A stretch of 64,000 nt of DNA from Nanobdellota archaeon (lineage in GTDB: Archaea; Nanobdellota; Nanobdellia; Pacearchaeales; GW2011-AR1), in the NCBI GenBank assembly GCA_038045705.1, contig JBBSXO010000001.1:1-64000 (forward strand). Reading direction: 5' to 3'. Shown here one piece after another: positions 17,136 to 26,820 of the stretch (positions are counted from its first letter, which is position 1; every line of letters begins with the position of its first letter). A program made the position numbers and the translations under genes. The notes under the pieces were generated by a model that did not search any database, had not been told where the DNA came from, and saw only the letters and a list, made by a program, of their open reading frames with translations.

Positions 17136-17438
17136 TTATTCGTATTCACTTATATTCTCAGCTAATTTTGTAAATGGAAATGGTCTCATATTTGCAACAA
17201 ATGTCATATATCTCTGGAACAGGTACCATTGAGTATTCCATATCTCACTTAGCTCAGCTAGCTCTTTAAGCCTTTTACCAGTAAATAAAGAATATACAAA
17301 ATTAATTATTATAAAAACACCAATTAAGTATCTCCATATTACTAAGATTATTCCTGAGACTATTAAAACAACAATTCTCATCAAAGTCTCTCTTCTTTGA
17401 CTAAATTTATTCAAATCTTTTTTATTTTGTTTCTTCAT
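17136..17438 (-). CDS. DUF4389-like membrane protein
   Basis: Two hydrophobic helices then LFTGKR...YMTFVANMRPFPF; ATG at 17438 avoids overlap with rps9. Confidence 0.7.
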   Translation of the reverse strand: MKKQNKKDLNKFSQRRETLMRIVVLIVSGIILVIWRYLIGVFIIINFVYSLFTGKRLKELAELSEIWNTQWYLFQRYMTFVANMRPFPFTKLAENISEYE

Positions 17439-17448
17439 GATATGATAA

Positions 17449-17853
17449 TTAACGATATGATTTCTGTCTTTTAGCGCGAGCTTTAGAATCTCCTGGTTTA
17501 CGTTGTTCTTTTCTCCTAACATCTGCTACAAGCATATGCCTATCATATTTCAAATAAGCTTCTTTCAATTCAGATTTTTTAGATAAGCTAACCAAAGCTC
17601 TTGCAATTGCTAATCTGGCTGCTTGAACTTGAGATTCTTTTCCACCACCAACCACTTTCAAGTACAAATCATAATTCATTTTACCAATTACATTTTCATA
17701 TATTCTAATTGGTTCTAGTAAGGCTAACTTATGGAATAATTTCATATTTTCTATGACTGTATTATTATAATGGATTTTTCCAGTTCCATCAGCTACTCTT
17801 ATTTTAGCAACAGAAGTTTTTCTTTTTCCAGATGTTTTAATTAACATGCTCAT
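17449..17853 (-). CDS. rps9: 30S ribosomal protein uS9
   Basis: GKRKTSVA...GGGKESQ...ARAKRQKSYR. Confidence 0.96.
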   Translation of the reverse strand: MSMLIKTSGKRKTSVAKIRVADGTGKIHYNNTVIENMKLFHKLALLEPIRIYENVIGKMNYDLYLKVVGGGKESQVQAARLAIARALVSLSKKSELKEAYLKYDRHMLVADVRRKEQRKPGDSKARAKRQKSYR

Positions 17854-18254
17854 CTTAATTCCTCACTTATCTCTTTCAAAGTCATTGTGGACATTCCTTT
17901 GGCTTGAGCAATAGTTTCTTTTTTAGATTCTGCAAATTCTTCAGGCAACCCTTCATAACATTTTACTCTTTTCAAAGCATCTGCTCCCCTTCCTTGTTTA
18001 TGAGAAAGCATTCCTCTAATCGTTCTTTTAACAATCATAGCAGGTTGTGTTGGAAATTTAGGACCTTTCAAAGATGACCCTCCCTTAATTCTTAATATTT
18101 TATATTTTTCAACTATTACTTTTCTATTTCCTGAAACAACAGTTTTTTCACAGTTTACAACAGAAACTTCTTTTCCAAATAAAGCTTGTTTAGCAACATG
18201 ACTTGCAAGTCTTCCCAATATAGCATTTGATCCATCTATCACTATTTTATTCAT
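17850..18254 (-). CDS. rpl13: 50S ribosomal protein uL13
   Basis: ILGRLASHVAK...IVKRTIRGML. Confidence 0.96.
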   Translation of the reverse strand: MNKIVIDGSNAILGRLASHVAKQALFGKEVSVVNCEKTVVSGNRKVIVEKYKILRIKGGSSLKGPKFPTQPAMIVKRTIRGMLSHKQGRGADALKRVKCYEGLPEEFAESKKETIAQAKGMSTMTLKEISEELR

Positions 18255-18309
18255 GTTTAATTTCTTCCTCCAATTAATGAAATTGAACAGCTAAAAATAT
18301 CAATTTTTA

Positions 18310-18678
18310 TCATCTTAATATTTTAACTCCTTGTGCTTCTGGATTTTTTTTAATCTCATCAACTAATTTTACTGCTTCGTTCTTTCCATGTTTTATTTTT
18401 TCACTAGCAGAACTTGAGAAATATAATGCACATACCTTAATTTTTTTTGTTAAGTTACCATTTCCCAAAACCTTTCCAGGGACAACTATGATATCTCCAT
18501 CTGATGCTTCATTTTCAATTCTTTTAAGATTAACATTTGAATAACTTCTTCTTCCTCCAGAAACTATTTGTGCAATTTTATTCCATTTTTTAGCGCGCTT
18601 TGCAGCAAATATAGTCTCTACTATATATGGATCCATTTTTCTTGGTATTCTTTTTGCTATAGATGTATTACTGATCAT
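18310..18678 (-). CDS. rpl18e: 50S ribosomal protein eL18
   Basis: VNLKRI...VVPGKVLGNG...FSSSA; conserved position before uL13. Confidence 0.93.
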   Translation of the reverse strand: MISNTSIAKRIPRKMDPYIVETIFAAKRAKKWNKIAQIVSGGRRSYSNVNLKRIENEASDGDIIVVPGKVLGNGNLTKKIKVCALYFSSSASEKIKHGKNEAVKLVDEIKKNPEAQGVKILR

Positions 18679-18679
18679 T

Positions 18680-19378
18680 TTACTTTACAAATTTCTCAAA
18701 AGCCTCTAGATTATCTTGTAGTGTTTCAATTGCCTTTGTGAATATCTTCTCTGCTTCAATCATTCCAAACGATTCCACAAAAAGCAGAAATTCTTTGCTT
18801 TCTGAAATGGATTCTTTATCTAACCTCTTAATTTCATCAACTTGATAATCATTCAAATCACAAATCCATTTGTTTCCTTTCTTCTCGTGTTTCACTGTTC
18901 CAAAAGCTTCCTGGACTATCGAATCTATTTTCACATTTCCAGTTTTAACTTCAAACAAGTTTCTGTAATAAATTAGTCCTGGGACATATTTTGTATGATC
19001 AAGACCAGTAGCAACATTTGCTGTAGCAATCAATTCAATTTCTTGATCTTTTTCGAGAATAGTTAGTGGAATAGAATCATAAACGACTTTTAAGTCTCCC
19101 TTGAAATCTCCTGAATAAACAGTTCCGGGTCCTATCTTTTTCAGAGATAAATTGCCTGTTGTTTTTGAAGATATTTTTCCATCATTTATTATAGGAACTA
19201 GTCCAATTCTATGGGCGAGAACCTCATCATATAATGCGGAGTCGTTCTTAAAAATTTCCACCTCATCAATGGCAAGAGTAGGAACTTCTTCAACACTTCT
19301 TCTGATTGCATTTAAGATTGAATAATTCATATCTGTTCGGATAATTAATTTATCTGATGTTTTCACAATAACTTCCAT
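18680..19378 (-). CDS. rpoD: DNA-directed RNA polymerase subunit D (Rpo3)
   Basis: NAIRR...VPTLAIDEV...[18 protein letters not shown]. Confidence 0.95.
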   Translation of the reverse strand: MEVIVKTSDKLIIRTDMNYSILNAIRRSVEEVPTLAIDEVEIFKNDSALYDEVLAHRIGLVPIINDGKISSKTTGNLSLKKIGPGTVYSGDFKGDLKVVYDSIPLTILEKDQEIELIATANVATGLDHTKYVPGLIYYRNLFEVKTGNVKIDSIVQEAFGTVKHEKKGNKWICDLNDYQVDEIKRLDKESISESKEFLLFVESFGMIEAEKIFTKAIETLQDNLEAFEKFVK

Positions 19379-19446
19379 ACAATCTACTTGAAAAAAAGGC
19401 TTTTAAAATTATGCTAATTCAAAGTATTGGCAAATACCTTGAGCAG

Positions 19447-19917
19447 TTAAACCCTTCTTCCTCTCTTACCTCCTTTCTTCTTAGGTCCGCCCCTAGGCAC
19501 TCTATGAGTATCAAGCACACCAAGTATTTTGAATCCCTCTTTGCTCAATGTTTTTACTGCTGCATGCGCCCCAGGCCCAATTCCAGGAGAGCTTGTCTTT
19601 CCCCTTGTTCTTATATACAATGCATTTATTCCTGCATCACGAGCAAATTCAGCAGCTCTTTTAGCAACAAACATAGCAGTTGTAGGGTTTGCTTTAAGAC
19701 GGCTATGTTTGGTAACCATTCCACCACTTATTCTTGTAATTGTGCTACCAGCCAAATCTGTGATATGAACTATAGTATTATTATAAGATCCAAACACATA
19801 AGCTATTCCAGGAACCACATCGGTTTTTTCCTCTCTTTCTTCAACATCTTCTTGAATTTCGATATCTTTAGTGTCTCGTTCCACCACATTCTCTACTTTT
19901 TCTTCTTCTTTTTTCAT
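19447..19917 (-). CDS. rps11: 30S ribosomal protein uS11
   Basis: SYNNTIVHITD...PGPG-like GIGPGA...GGKRGRRV. Confidence 0.96.
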   Translation of the reverse strand: MKKEEEKVENVVERDTKDIEIQEDVEEREEKTDVVPGIAYVFGSYNNTIVHITDLAGSTITRISGGMVTKHSRLKANPTTAMFVAKRAAEFARDAGINALYIRTRGKTSSPGIGPGAHAAVKTLSKEGFKILGVLDTHRVPRGGPKKKGGKRGRRV

Positions 19918-20390
19918 TGTTCAATCTCCGATTTAGATTTGCTAGATTTAGTCTTTAAAGATATACTTGATTCAATTTCTATATCTACAATATAACTAGG
20001 AATACTTATTGCTCTCCCATTAACAAAAATCTTTTTATGAACAATAAACTGTCTAGCTTGTCTTGCAGTATTTGCAAGTCCCTTTTTCCAAACTACTGTG
20101 GCAAGTCTTCTCTTCAACAAGTCTTCTTTGTTCAATGCAAGAACATCTGCAACCGTTTTAACAGGTAGTCCGATATTCCTAAGTTTAGAAAAGAATTGTT
20201 CTTGTTCTTCACTCGAAGCAGTAATTAAGAATTTAGCCCTGTCTCTGAAATATTTTATTTTAGCTTCAGCTTTCCATATCTCTCTCTTATTTTTCAGACC
20301 ATACTCTTCCACTAGTTTATTTTCATCATTAATTCTAATCTTATCATATAATTTTCTTGGCCATGAAAATTTATTTTTTTTGCGAATCAT
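19914..20390 (-). CDS. rps4: 30S ribosomal protein uS4
   Basis: YGLKNKREIW...RRLATVV...ARQFIVH. Confidence 0.96.
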   Translation of the reverse strand: MIRKKNKFSWPRKLYDKIRINDENKLVEEYGLKNKREIWKAEAKIKYFRDRAKFLITASSEEQEQFFSKLRNIGLPVKTVADVLALNKEDLLKRRLATVVWKKGLANTARQARQFIVHKKIFVNGRAISIPSYIVDIEIESSISLKTKSSKSKSEIEQ

Positions 20391-20902
20391 TTTGCTTTTT
20401 TCTTAACTCCCACTGCAACCCCAGTTGTTCTAAAGTGACTTCTAGTTCTTTGTCCTCTTACAGGTTGTTTAAGTGCATGGCGCATACCCTTATAACTTTT
20501 TATTTGTCTCATGCGCTTAATATCAAAATCCTTAGCCATATCAAGTTCATTAGTTAGAATATGTTTCGATTCTCCTGTGTCATAGTCTCGCTGTCTATTT
20601 TTTAAATATTCAAAAAGCATCGGTTTTTGTAAGAATGATTCTATCTCTTCAATCTGTTTTTTAGAAAGTTCAGAAATCTTTGTTTTTTTGTCTATTTTTA
20701 ATATTCTACAAATTGCATTAGAAACTGACCAAGAAATCCCTTTAATATAAGTCAAACCAGCATAAATCTTTTTATTACCAGGGATATCTTTTCCATGGAT
20801 TCTTATAAGTGACTCAAGAAACTCTTCTTCTTTTTGTTGCTTCAGCTTGTGGTCCTGCTTTGGTTCTTTCTTTTGTTGTTTTTCAGTTTTTTCTTCTGCC
20901 AT
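20387..20902 (-). CDS. rps13: 30S ribosomal protein uS13
   Basis: LTYIKGI...SYKGMRH...PVRGQRTRS. Confidence 0.96.
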   Translation of the reverse strand: MAEEKTEKQQKKEPKQDHKLKQQKEEEFLESLIRIHGKDIPGNKKIYAGLTYIKGISWSVSNAICRILKIDKKTKISELSKKQIEEIESFLQKPMLFEYLKNRQRDYDTGESKHILTNELDMAKDFDIKRMRQIKSYKGMRHALKQPVRGQRTRSHFRTTGVAVGVKKKAK

Positions 20903-20906
20903 GTTA

Positions 20907-21446
20907 TTATATTACGAACAATCTCTGTCGAGGATTTTCAGTTAATTCCTCTATCATTCTTTTCTCAACAGCTTTTTTTGGGTCGGGAGCGCTTTTAACT
21001 CTCTGCCTTATCTCATCAAACGACTCAAAAGTTTTCTCGTTTCGCACGTTGAGCAATTCCTGCGTATGTTTACGACCAAATCCAGGTAGAAGTTCAAGTT
21101 GATGTAATCTTGTGTTGATTGCTTGGGCATTATTAAAGAATTTTACAAATTCTTGTTCATGCTCCCCAACATAAGTCTCTATGAACTCTTGCAATTGGAT
21201 CTTCGCAGTTTCTGTTAACTTATCGACACGTAATCTGCCGATAATGTAGTATATCTTGTCTCTCTTTTCCGGACCTATATAAACCTTTTCTTTATTAACT
21301 ATTTGAGCCCCTCTAATTGGAGCTAATTCAAGCAATGCAAGGTGTTGAGTTCCTATCGCTTGAACAACGGGTCTCATATTTCCCGCTAAAGGATATCCAT
21401 TCGCAAGATAATCTAGTACTAAAGCATAGTCATCTTTCTTCATCAT
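20907..21446 (-). CDS. DUF655 family putative RNA-binding protein
   Basis: VLDYL...FFNNAQAINTRLHQLELLPGFG; conserved position after rpoF. Confidence 0.9.
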   Translation of the reverse strand: MMKKDDYALVLDYLANGYPLAGNMRPVVQAIGTQHLALLELAPIRGAQIVNKEKVYIGPEKRDKIYYIIGRLRVDKLTETAKIQLQEFIETYVGEHEQEFVKFFNNAQAINTRLHQLELLPGFGRKHTQELLNVRNEKTFESFDEIRQRVKSAPDPKKAVEKRMIEELTENPRQRLFVI

Positions 21447-21448
21447 GT

Positions 21449-21748
21449 TTAGTACTCCTTAACCACCGCTAAAATATCATTAACTTCTTTTTCATCAAGT
21501 GAAGATTCATTAAATATCTTTAATAAAGCCTCAGAGTCTTTAGGTAACAGATCGACTATTTTTACCATAACTTCTTCTTTTATCTTATGATTTCCCAAAG
21601 CTTTCAAACTCTCTAAAAGCATGTCTGCTTTATTTTTATCAAGTTTAGAAAATTCTTTTAAGTAATCTCTAAGTTCCGGTTTAGCATCCAAATCTCCTGC
21701 AAGTTCTTTAACATCTCCTAAGTGAACAGGAGTCATCTTCAATATCAT
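21449..21748 (-). CDS. rpoF: RNA polymerase subunit F (Rpo4)
   Basis: YLKEFSKL...KIVDLLP HRDC-like pattern; synteny rpl21e-rpoF-DUF655. Confidence 0.85.
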   Translation of the reverse strand: MILKMTPVHLGDVKELAGDLDAKPELRDYLKEFSKLDKNKADMLLESLKALGNHKIKEEVMVKIVDLLPKDSEALLKIFNESSLDEKEVNDILAVVKEY

Positions 21749-22011
21749 TTTTTAGTTACCTCAATTTTCTTTAAATGAACTGGTTTTACAATATAAGTTT
21801 TAGGTCTTGTAAAATCTTTTATCGAAACTATATATGCTTCTCCTCTTTTACCAATAACGACTCCAGTTCTCCCCTGTATCCTTCTAGGAAATCCTGGACT
21901 CTGAACTGCTAAATCTCTAACAACAGCTACGCTATCTCCCTCACTAAATTCCTGAAAATATTTTGTGAAAGATATTTTCCCCCTACTTCTAATATTCTTA
22001 TTAGTTAGCAT
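21745..22011 (-). CDS. rpl21e: 50S ribosomal protein eL21
   Basis: FSEGDSVAV...RIQGRTGVV...G.AY...PVHLK; ATG at 22011 chosen. Confidence 0.93.
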   Translation of the reverse strand: MLTNKNIRSRGKISFTKYFQEFSEGDSVAVVRDLAVQSPGFPRRIQGRTGVVIGKRGEAYIVSIKDFTRPKTYIVKPVHLKKIEVTKK

Positions 22012-22033
22012 CGAAATATCTGATGAGATACCT

Positions 22034-22240
22034 TTAAAAAGCTTCCGCAGAACCATTCCTTGTTTTTATAGACGTAACACTTCCTTGATAGAGGTCTCCT
22101 TTATCTCGCGCAGAACCCATGTTGCTAATTATTGCTTGAAACATTTTTTCCCCCCATATACCCCTTCCACAAGGAGTGCATACATCAACAGCTCTATCGT
22201 CGGTTATCTCAGCCTTACAATAAACACATTTACTAGTCAT
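22034..22240 (-). CDS. small zinc-binding hypothetical protein
   Basis: CVYC...CTPC; ATG at 22240. Confidence 0.7.
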   Translation of the reverse strand: MTSKCVYCKAEITDDRAVDVCTPCGRGIWGEKMFQAIISNMGSARDKGDLYQGSVTSIKTRNGSAEAF

Positions 22241-22306
22241 TTTTCCTCTTTTCAACAACCCAGCAATCATCTATTTATAAATTTTTATGGTATAAAATAT
22301 TCTAAT

Positions 22307-23491
22307 TTATTCATATCTTAAAGCTTCAGTAGGTCTTAATTTTGCCGCTTGCATTGCAGGCAGAACACCAGAAAGTATTCCTACAACAAAAGCAAATAAG
22401 AGGCCAAAAAGCAACACAGCAGGTTCAATCTTTATATTCAATAAAAATCCCGAATTTGTGGCAAATTTTCCGACGATTATTGCAGCAAGTGTTCCCAGGA
22501 GAATTCCAAAAAACCCTCCAATAAAGCCCATTAGACCTGATTCTATCAAGAATATTTTAAAGATGTCTGAATTCCTTGCTCCAATCGATTTCATTATTCC
22601 AACTTCCTTTGTTCTTTCTAGTACTGAAGTATACATAGAGTTCATGATTCCTACTCCTCCTACAACAAGAGATATTGCTGCAATCCCTACAAGGACAAAT
22701 TGTATTATACCTAAAACTTCGTTGAGTTGTTCAAGAATCTGCGTGGCAGTTACAACCTGAAAATTGGTGTCTCCCCTTTTCCTCTCCAATTTTTTCTCTA
22801 TCTCCTTTTGTAGTCTGGGAATGTCATCGGCTCCTCTTACCTGTGCAACTATTCCATCAACATCATCTGGTTTATTAAAAATTTCACGTGCTGTTTCTAG
22901 AGGAATGCTGATTTGAGAGTCATCTTGTGAATTGCCTGTTTCTTCATATATCCCTACAATTTCAAATTCTTGGCCTTCGATCTCAATATCGCTACCAATC
23001 CCTAACTTATCGTCAAACATGTCTTGTACAATTCTTGAGCCAACAACAGCTTCAAATTTATCCCCATCTTCAAGAAATCTTCCTTCATCTAAGTCTGCGC
23101 CAGAATCCAAAGAAAACTCTTCAAAAATATCTGCAGGAATTCCATTAATTAAAGTAAACCCGACTTCATCTTTGTAAATGACTTCAGTAGAAACAAAAAC
23201 CCATGGTACGACATACTTGAATCCAGATATGTCCTCTACAGTTTCAAGATCCTCTGTTGTTAATCCTTCTGAAACTGTTCCAGGACCCTGAAATCCTTTA
23301 GGGCTTATTAGTATCCTATTAGCTCCAAATTGCTCAAATTGTGCCTCCAATGTGCTTTCTAAGCTTCTGGAAATTGTGACAAGCGAAAGGATAGCAGCTA
23401 CTCCGATTATTATTCCTATGATCGTTAACCAAGATCTTAATTTTCTATGTCTGATGTTACCTACTGCCATCAAGAAATAATCTCTTAACAT
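22307..23491 (-). CDS. ABC transporter permease (MacB/FtsX family)
   Basis: RSWLTIIGIIIGV...GIMNSMYTSVLERTKEVGIMKSIGA...LPA...EALRYE. Confidence 0.93.
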   Translation of the reverse strand: MLRDYFLMAVGNIRHRKLRSWLTIIGIIIGVAAILSLVTISRSLESTLEAQFEQFGANRILISPKGFQGPGTVSEGLTTEDLETVEDISGFKYVVPWVFVSTEVIYKDEVGFTLINGIPADIFEEFSLDSGADLDEGRFLEDGDKFEAVVGSRIVQDMFDDKLGIGSDIEIEGQEFEIVGIYEETGNSQDDSQISIPLETAREIFNKPDDVDGIVAQVRGADDIPRLQKEIEKKLERKRGDTNFQVVTATQILEQLNEVLGIIQFVLVGIAAISLVVGGVGIMNSMYTSVLERTKEVGIMKSIGARNSDIFKIFLIESGLMGFIGGFFGILLGTLAAIIVGKFATNSGFLLNIKIEPAVLLFGLLFAFVVGILSGVLPAMQAAKLRPTEALRYE

Positions 23492-23495
23492 GGTT

Positions 23496-24350
23496 TCACC
23501 TGCTCGCTAATTCTCTTTCTTTCTGCTTCTTGCGATTCTTTCTGACTCTTCTCAATATATACCAAATGACTAAAACAGCAAGAATAATTAATATGTAAAT
23601 CATAGTGTTATTTCTGCTTATTAACCCTAAATCAAGAGCCTCTTCTCGAGTATAGGCTTTCAAAGAAATATCTCTCTCTATCTGTTGCTGTTTGTTATCA
23701 AAGTCTTTGTATTCTAATTTTACTTCTAAATTAGGTCTTCTATTATTATAGATAATATCAAAAGAACTAACCTCAAAGTCATCAGAATCTATCGTGCCAA
23801 TATATTCAGAGTTTTCATTTAGAAATGTGATGTCCTCACTATCTAGAGATAGGGAGACAAATCTTGCATCTGCAAGACCTTTGTTTATAACTCTTATATT
23901 AATTGTTGTTTGTTGCCCAATAATTACCTCTTCCGTATCTACAATAATTTCGATTTCAGGCTGAGCAGACACAATGACTCCAATGGAGCCTGTTTGTTCT
24001 CTTTCATCTCCTTCTTCTTCATAACTCATTACATAAGTTATTGTATAAGTTCCCGCGGGCAGAGTATTTGCAACTTTAAATCTAAATGCAAAAGATTCTT
24101 CTTCGTCTTCTTCCAATCTATTAAAGAAAGCTTCAGAACTTCCCAAGGGTATAATTCCAGAATCTTCAAATTTTAAGTTAAATGATAATAACTCAATATC
24201 ATTATTACCATCATTTTCTACTTCTACTCTAATTATTCCCTCTCCACCAGGCGAAACAGTTTCAACATTTATCGAGTTAACGGATATAGCACTTACAATG
24301 CTAATAAGTAAGAAAAACTGCAAAACTATTATTATAGTTAATTTGTCCAT
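23496..24350 (-). CDS. exported Ig-like (COG1361/CARDB-type) membrane-anchored protein
   Basis: Signal peptide, beta-rich domains (INKGLADA...YIGTIDSDD), C-terminal TM and basic tail; a typical partner of archaeal MacB-type ABC systems. Confidence 0.75.
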   Translation of the reverse strand: MDKLTIIIVLQFFLLISIVSAISVNSINVETVSPGGEGIIRVEVENDGNNDIELLSFNLKFEDSGIIPLGSSEAFFNRLEEDEEESFAFRFKVANTLPAGTYTITYVMSYEEEGDEREQTGSIGVIVSAQPEIEIIVDTEEVIIGQQTTINIRVINKGLADARFVSLSLDSEDITFLNENSEYIGTIDSDDFEVSSFDIIYNNRRPNLEVKLEYKDFDNKQQQIERDISLKAYTREEALDLGLISRNNTMIYILIILAVLVIWYILRRVRKNRKKQKERELASR

Positions 24351-24446
24351 ATTTCACCGCAACAAATATAATTTATAAGCCTTATCTCTAAAATTAACAC
24401 TCTGTCAGTAACAATTACTTCGGCGTTGCACATTTACTAGTTTTAT

Positions 24447-25460
24447 TTATGTGCAAACATACTTTTTGTCACAAGAATTAAAGTCAATTTTGATCCCTGA
24501 TTCAAATGTTTCCTGAACCAAACAGCAAATATTATGTACTAAACATTTTAGTAAAACTTCATTCTTCTGTCCTTGCAAGTTTCTACATTTAAGGAATTCT
24601 CCTAATCTCATTTTAATCATTGAAAAAGTAGTTTCTACGTTTGATCTTCTATGATAATGTTTGTCAAATTCTGCCCTGTTCTGATTAAAGTAAACATACA
24701 TACGATTCCATAATCCATTCTCATTAAGTTTGTGAGAAGTATTTGTCTTAAACGGAACGAATGGTATAAACTCCAAGGCTTGAGCTACTTGCATGTTCTT
24801 TTTAGATAAGTATGCTTTATCCATGGAATATCTTTCAACATTAAAGTTAGCTGCTGTTACCTTAGCAACTGGCTCAAACATTCTATGATCTCCAATGGAA
24901 GAGTTGGTAACCTCGGCTGCAGTTATTACATTGGTCTTAGTTCCTATTGAAGCATGAAGCTTAACAAAATGTCTCCAAAGTTTCTCAGGGTTCTCCGATA
25001 TTTGAGTGAACCTTACTTTCATCCATCTTTCATATTGGTAACAGCCAAAACCAGTTGAGTCATGAGCAAAATCAGATTCCAGTTGTTTCAAGGGCATTGC
25101 TGAAATTGTTATTAGCTTCATTAGGAGCTGTTCAGTAATTGGATTATTCATGAATGTAAGAAGACTATTGAAATGAGGAACTTTCTTAATGAATCCAGCT
25201 TTTTCAGCATGCCTCATATCAGAACTTATCTTTCTGGCAGAGTAGTTAGAATAAATCTTGAGGCAAGCGCAGAAGATCAAATCTCTAAGTGGCACGGGCT
25301 TTCTTCCAACTTGATGTTGAGGTTCTTGTATGATTCTACATAAGTCATCAAGAAACAGATAGAACATAGACTTCTCATTACATTTGGCTTTGTTATATTG
25401 AGTCCAATATGTTTCACTATTAGGGATGAAATCTCTCAGATCTATTTGTTTTTCTTCCAT
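24447..25460 (-). CDS. DDE transposase (IS4/IS5 superfamily-like)
   Basis: AHDSTGF, KLH, SMDKAY, YHRRSNVETTFSMIK catalytic D-D-E motifs. Confidence 0.9.
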   Translation of the reverse strand: MEEKQIDLRDFIPNSETYWTQYNKAKCNEKSMFYLFLDDLCRIIQEPQHQVGRKPVPLRDLIFCACLKIYSNYSARKISSDMRHAEKAGFIKKVPHFNSLLTFMNNPITEQLLMKLITISAMPLKQLESDFAHDSTGFGCYQYERWMKVRFTQISENPEKLWRHFVKLHASIGTKTNVITAAEVTNSSIGDHRMFEPVAKVTAANFNVERYSMDKAYLSKKNMQVAQALEFIPFVPFKTNTSHKLNENGLWNRMYVYFNQNRAEFDKHYHRRSNVETTFSMIKMRLGEFLKCRNLQGQKNEVLLKCLVHNICCLVQETFESGIKIDFNSCDKKYVCT

Positions 25461-25465
25461 CCAAT

Positions 25466-25504
25466 TCAGGTACCTGAGGATTATTTAAATATTTCGGTAC
25501 CTGA
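25466..25504. promoter_or_regulatory. paired operator-like GGTACCTGA sites around the transposase TATA box
   Basis: Perfect palindrome TCAGGTACCTGA 25466-25477 and GGTACCTGA 25496-25504 flank TTTAAAT; third copy at 28127-28136. Confidence 0.6.
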
Positions 25505-25546
25505 AAAATAGATAAGTTTATAATATTTCACAAAGTTGTGACATAT

Positions 25547-25756
25547 ATGGAACATATTAGTAACAAAAAAGGAAAAAGCACTAGAGTAGGACTAAGTTTT
25601 AACGATCAACAAATAATGTTAATTGATAGTTTAATTGGAGAAATGGGAGATAAAAGAGCAGATGTCGTAAAATCTATTTTTTTATGCTGGTTGTCCGAAA
25701 AAAACATCGCTTCAGATTTAATAAAAAAGAGGTTAAAAGAAAATGGAAAAAATTGA
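25547..25756 (+). CDS. ribbon-helix-helix (CopG-like) regulator
   Basis: RVGLSFNDQQIMLIDSLIGEMGDKRADVVKSI. Confidence 0.7.
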   Translation: MEHISNKKGKSTRVGLSFNDQQIMLIDSLIGEMGDKRADVVKSIFLCWLSEKNIASDLIKKRLKENGKN

Positions 25757-26285
25757 ATTAATTGAAAAGTACATTATTTTATTACTTGGTGTTAAAGATG
25801 ACTCTATATATTCAGATTTGCATTTGCAAAAAGAAATGTTTCTATTAGCTAATAGCTTGCCTCACTTAAAAGAAGCTTTTGATTTTGAAAAGCATTATTA
25901 TGGGCCATATTCACAAATAGTAGAAGAAATAATTCAAACTCCTAGATATACTGATAAAGCTTTTTCATTTGATGGAAAGAAGATATTTCTATCTGAAAAT
26001 GGAAAGACTGAGTATAATAAGATAATTAAAATTAAATCTAAAGAGAACTCGTTTAATGAATTATCCGCTTTAATCAAGATAATCAGGAGCCTATATGATT
26101 CCTTGTCAGGAGAAGAGCTTTTATTTTTGATGTATGAAACCTTTCCAGAGTTTACTAAATACTCTGAAGTCTCAGATAATATTCTTAAAAACAAATACAA
26201 TCGTAAAAGAATATTAGAAGGGCTTTACGCAAAATCAATTATTACTGATGAAAGGTATTTGGAGTTAAAGAATGCAAAAATTTAA
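25743..26285 (+). CDS. SocA/Panacea-like winged-helix putative antitoxin
   Basis: LQKEMFLL...FDFEKHYYGPYS motif typical of the SocA/DUF4065-related family. Confidence 0.6.
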   Translation: MEKIELIEKYIILLLGVKDDSIYSDLHLQKEMFLLANSLPHLKEAFDFEKHYYGPYSQIVEEIIQTPRYTDKAFSFDGKKIFLSENGKTEYNKIIKIKSKENSFNELSALIKIIRSLYDSLSGEELLFLMYETFPEFTKYSEVSDNILKNKYNRKRILEGLYAKSIITDERYLELKNAKI

Positions 26286-26820
26286 TAAAGAATTAGTAGC
26301 AGACTCAACTTTCTATATTTTCTTTATAGAAGACTCAAAGAATAGCAATCTATTATGCAAAATATTGAATTCTTTTAAAGCGCACATTTCTCCTACCATT
26401 TATGATGAGCTAAAAATGAAAAGTAGGGACCAAGAATTAAATTCTATAATAAATAATAAATGTAACATCTTCAAAGATTCTAGAATAAAATATTCAGAAG
26501 CTTTGAGGCCGGTGTTTTCTAAAGAGGAACTTAAGAAAGGAGAGCATGAAATAATTGCGATAGCTGTATTATGTGATCAGATGGTAATCGATTTTGTTTT
26601 AGTGATCGATGATGAAGGGCCAAGAAAAATAATTAATAGTCATTTTAAATATCTTTTAACTCGCCTAGTTAGAACGGCAAGATTTATAGAACAGTGTTAT
26701 TCTAAATATGACATATTTGAAAATGGAGAGTCAATTAAATTGCTTAATGATATGAAATCTTCAAAGTTTAGAATAGATGATAAGTCTATAGAACAACTAT
26801 TAAAGGAGTTAGAAAAATGA
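26272..26820 (+). CDS. PIN-domain protein
   Basis: VADSTF...IYDEL...GEHEIIAIA...VIDDEGPRK. Confidence 0.7.
   Translation: MQKFNKELVADSTFYIFFIEDSKNSNLLCKILNSFKAHISPTIYDELKMKSRDQELNSIINNKCNIFKDSRIKYSEALRPVFSKEELKKGEHEIIAIAVLCDQMVIDFVLVIDDEGPRKIINSHFKYLLTRLVRTARFIEQCYSKYDIFENGESIKLLNDMKSSKFRIDDKSIEQLLKELEK

Noticed and set aside
19411-22760. Plus-strand ORFs opposite the ribosomal cluster and ABC permease
   Set aside because: Antisense shadows of well-supported conserved genes
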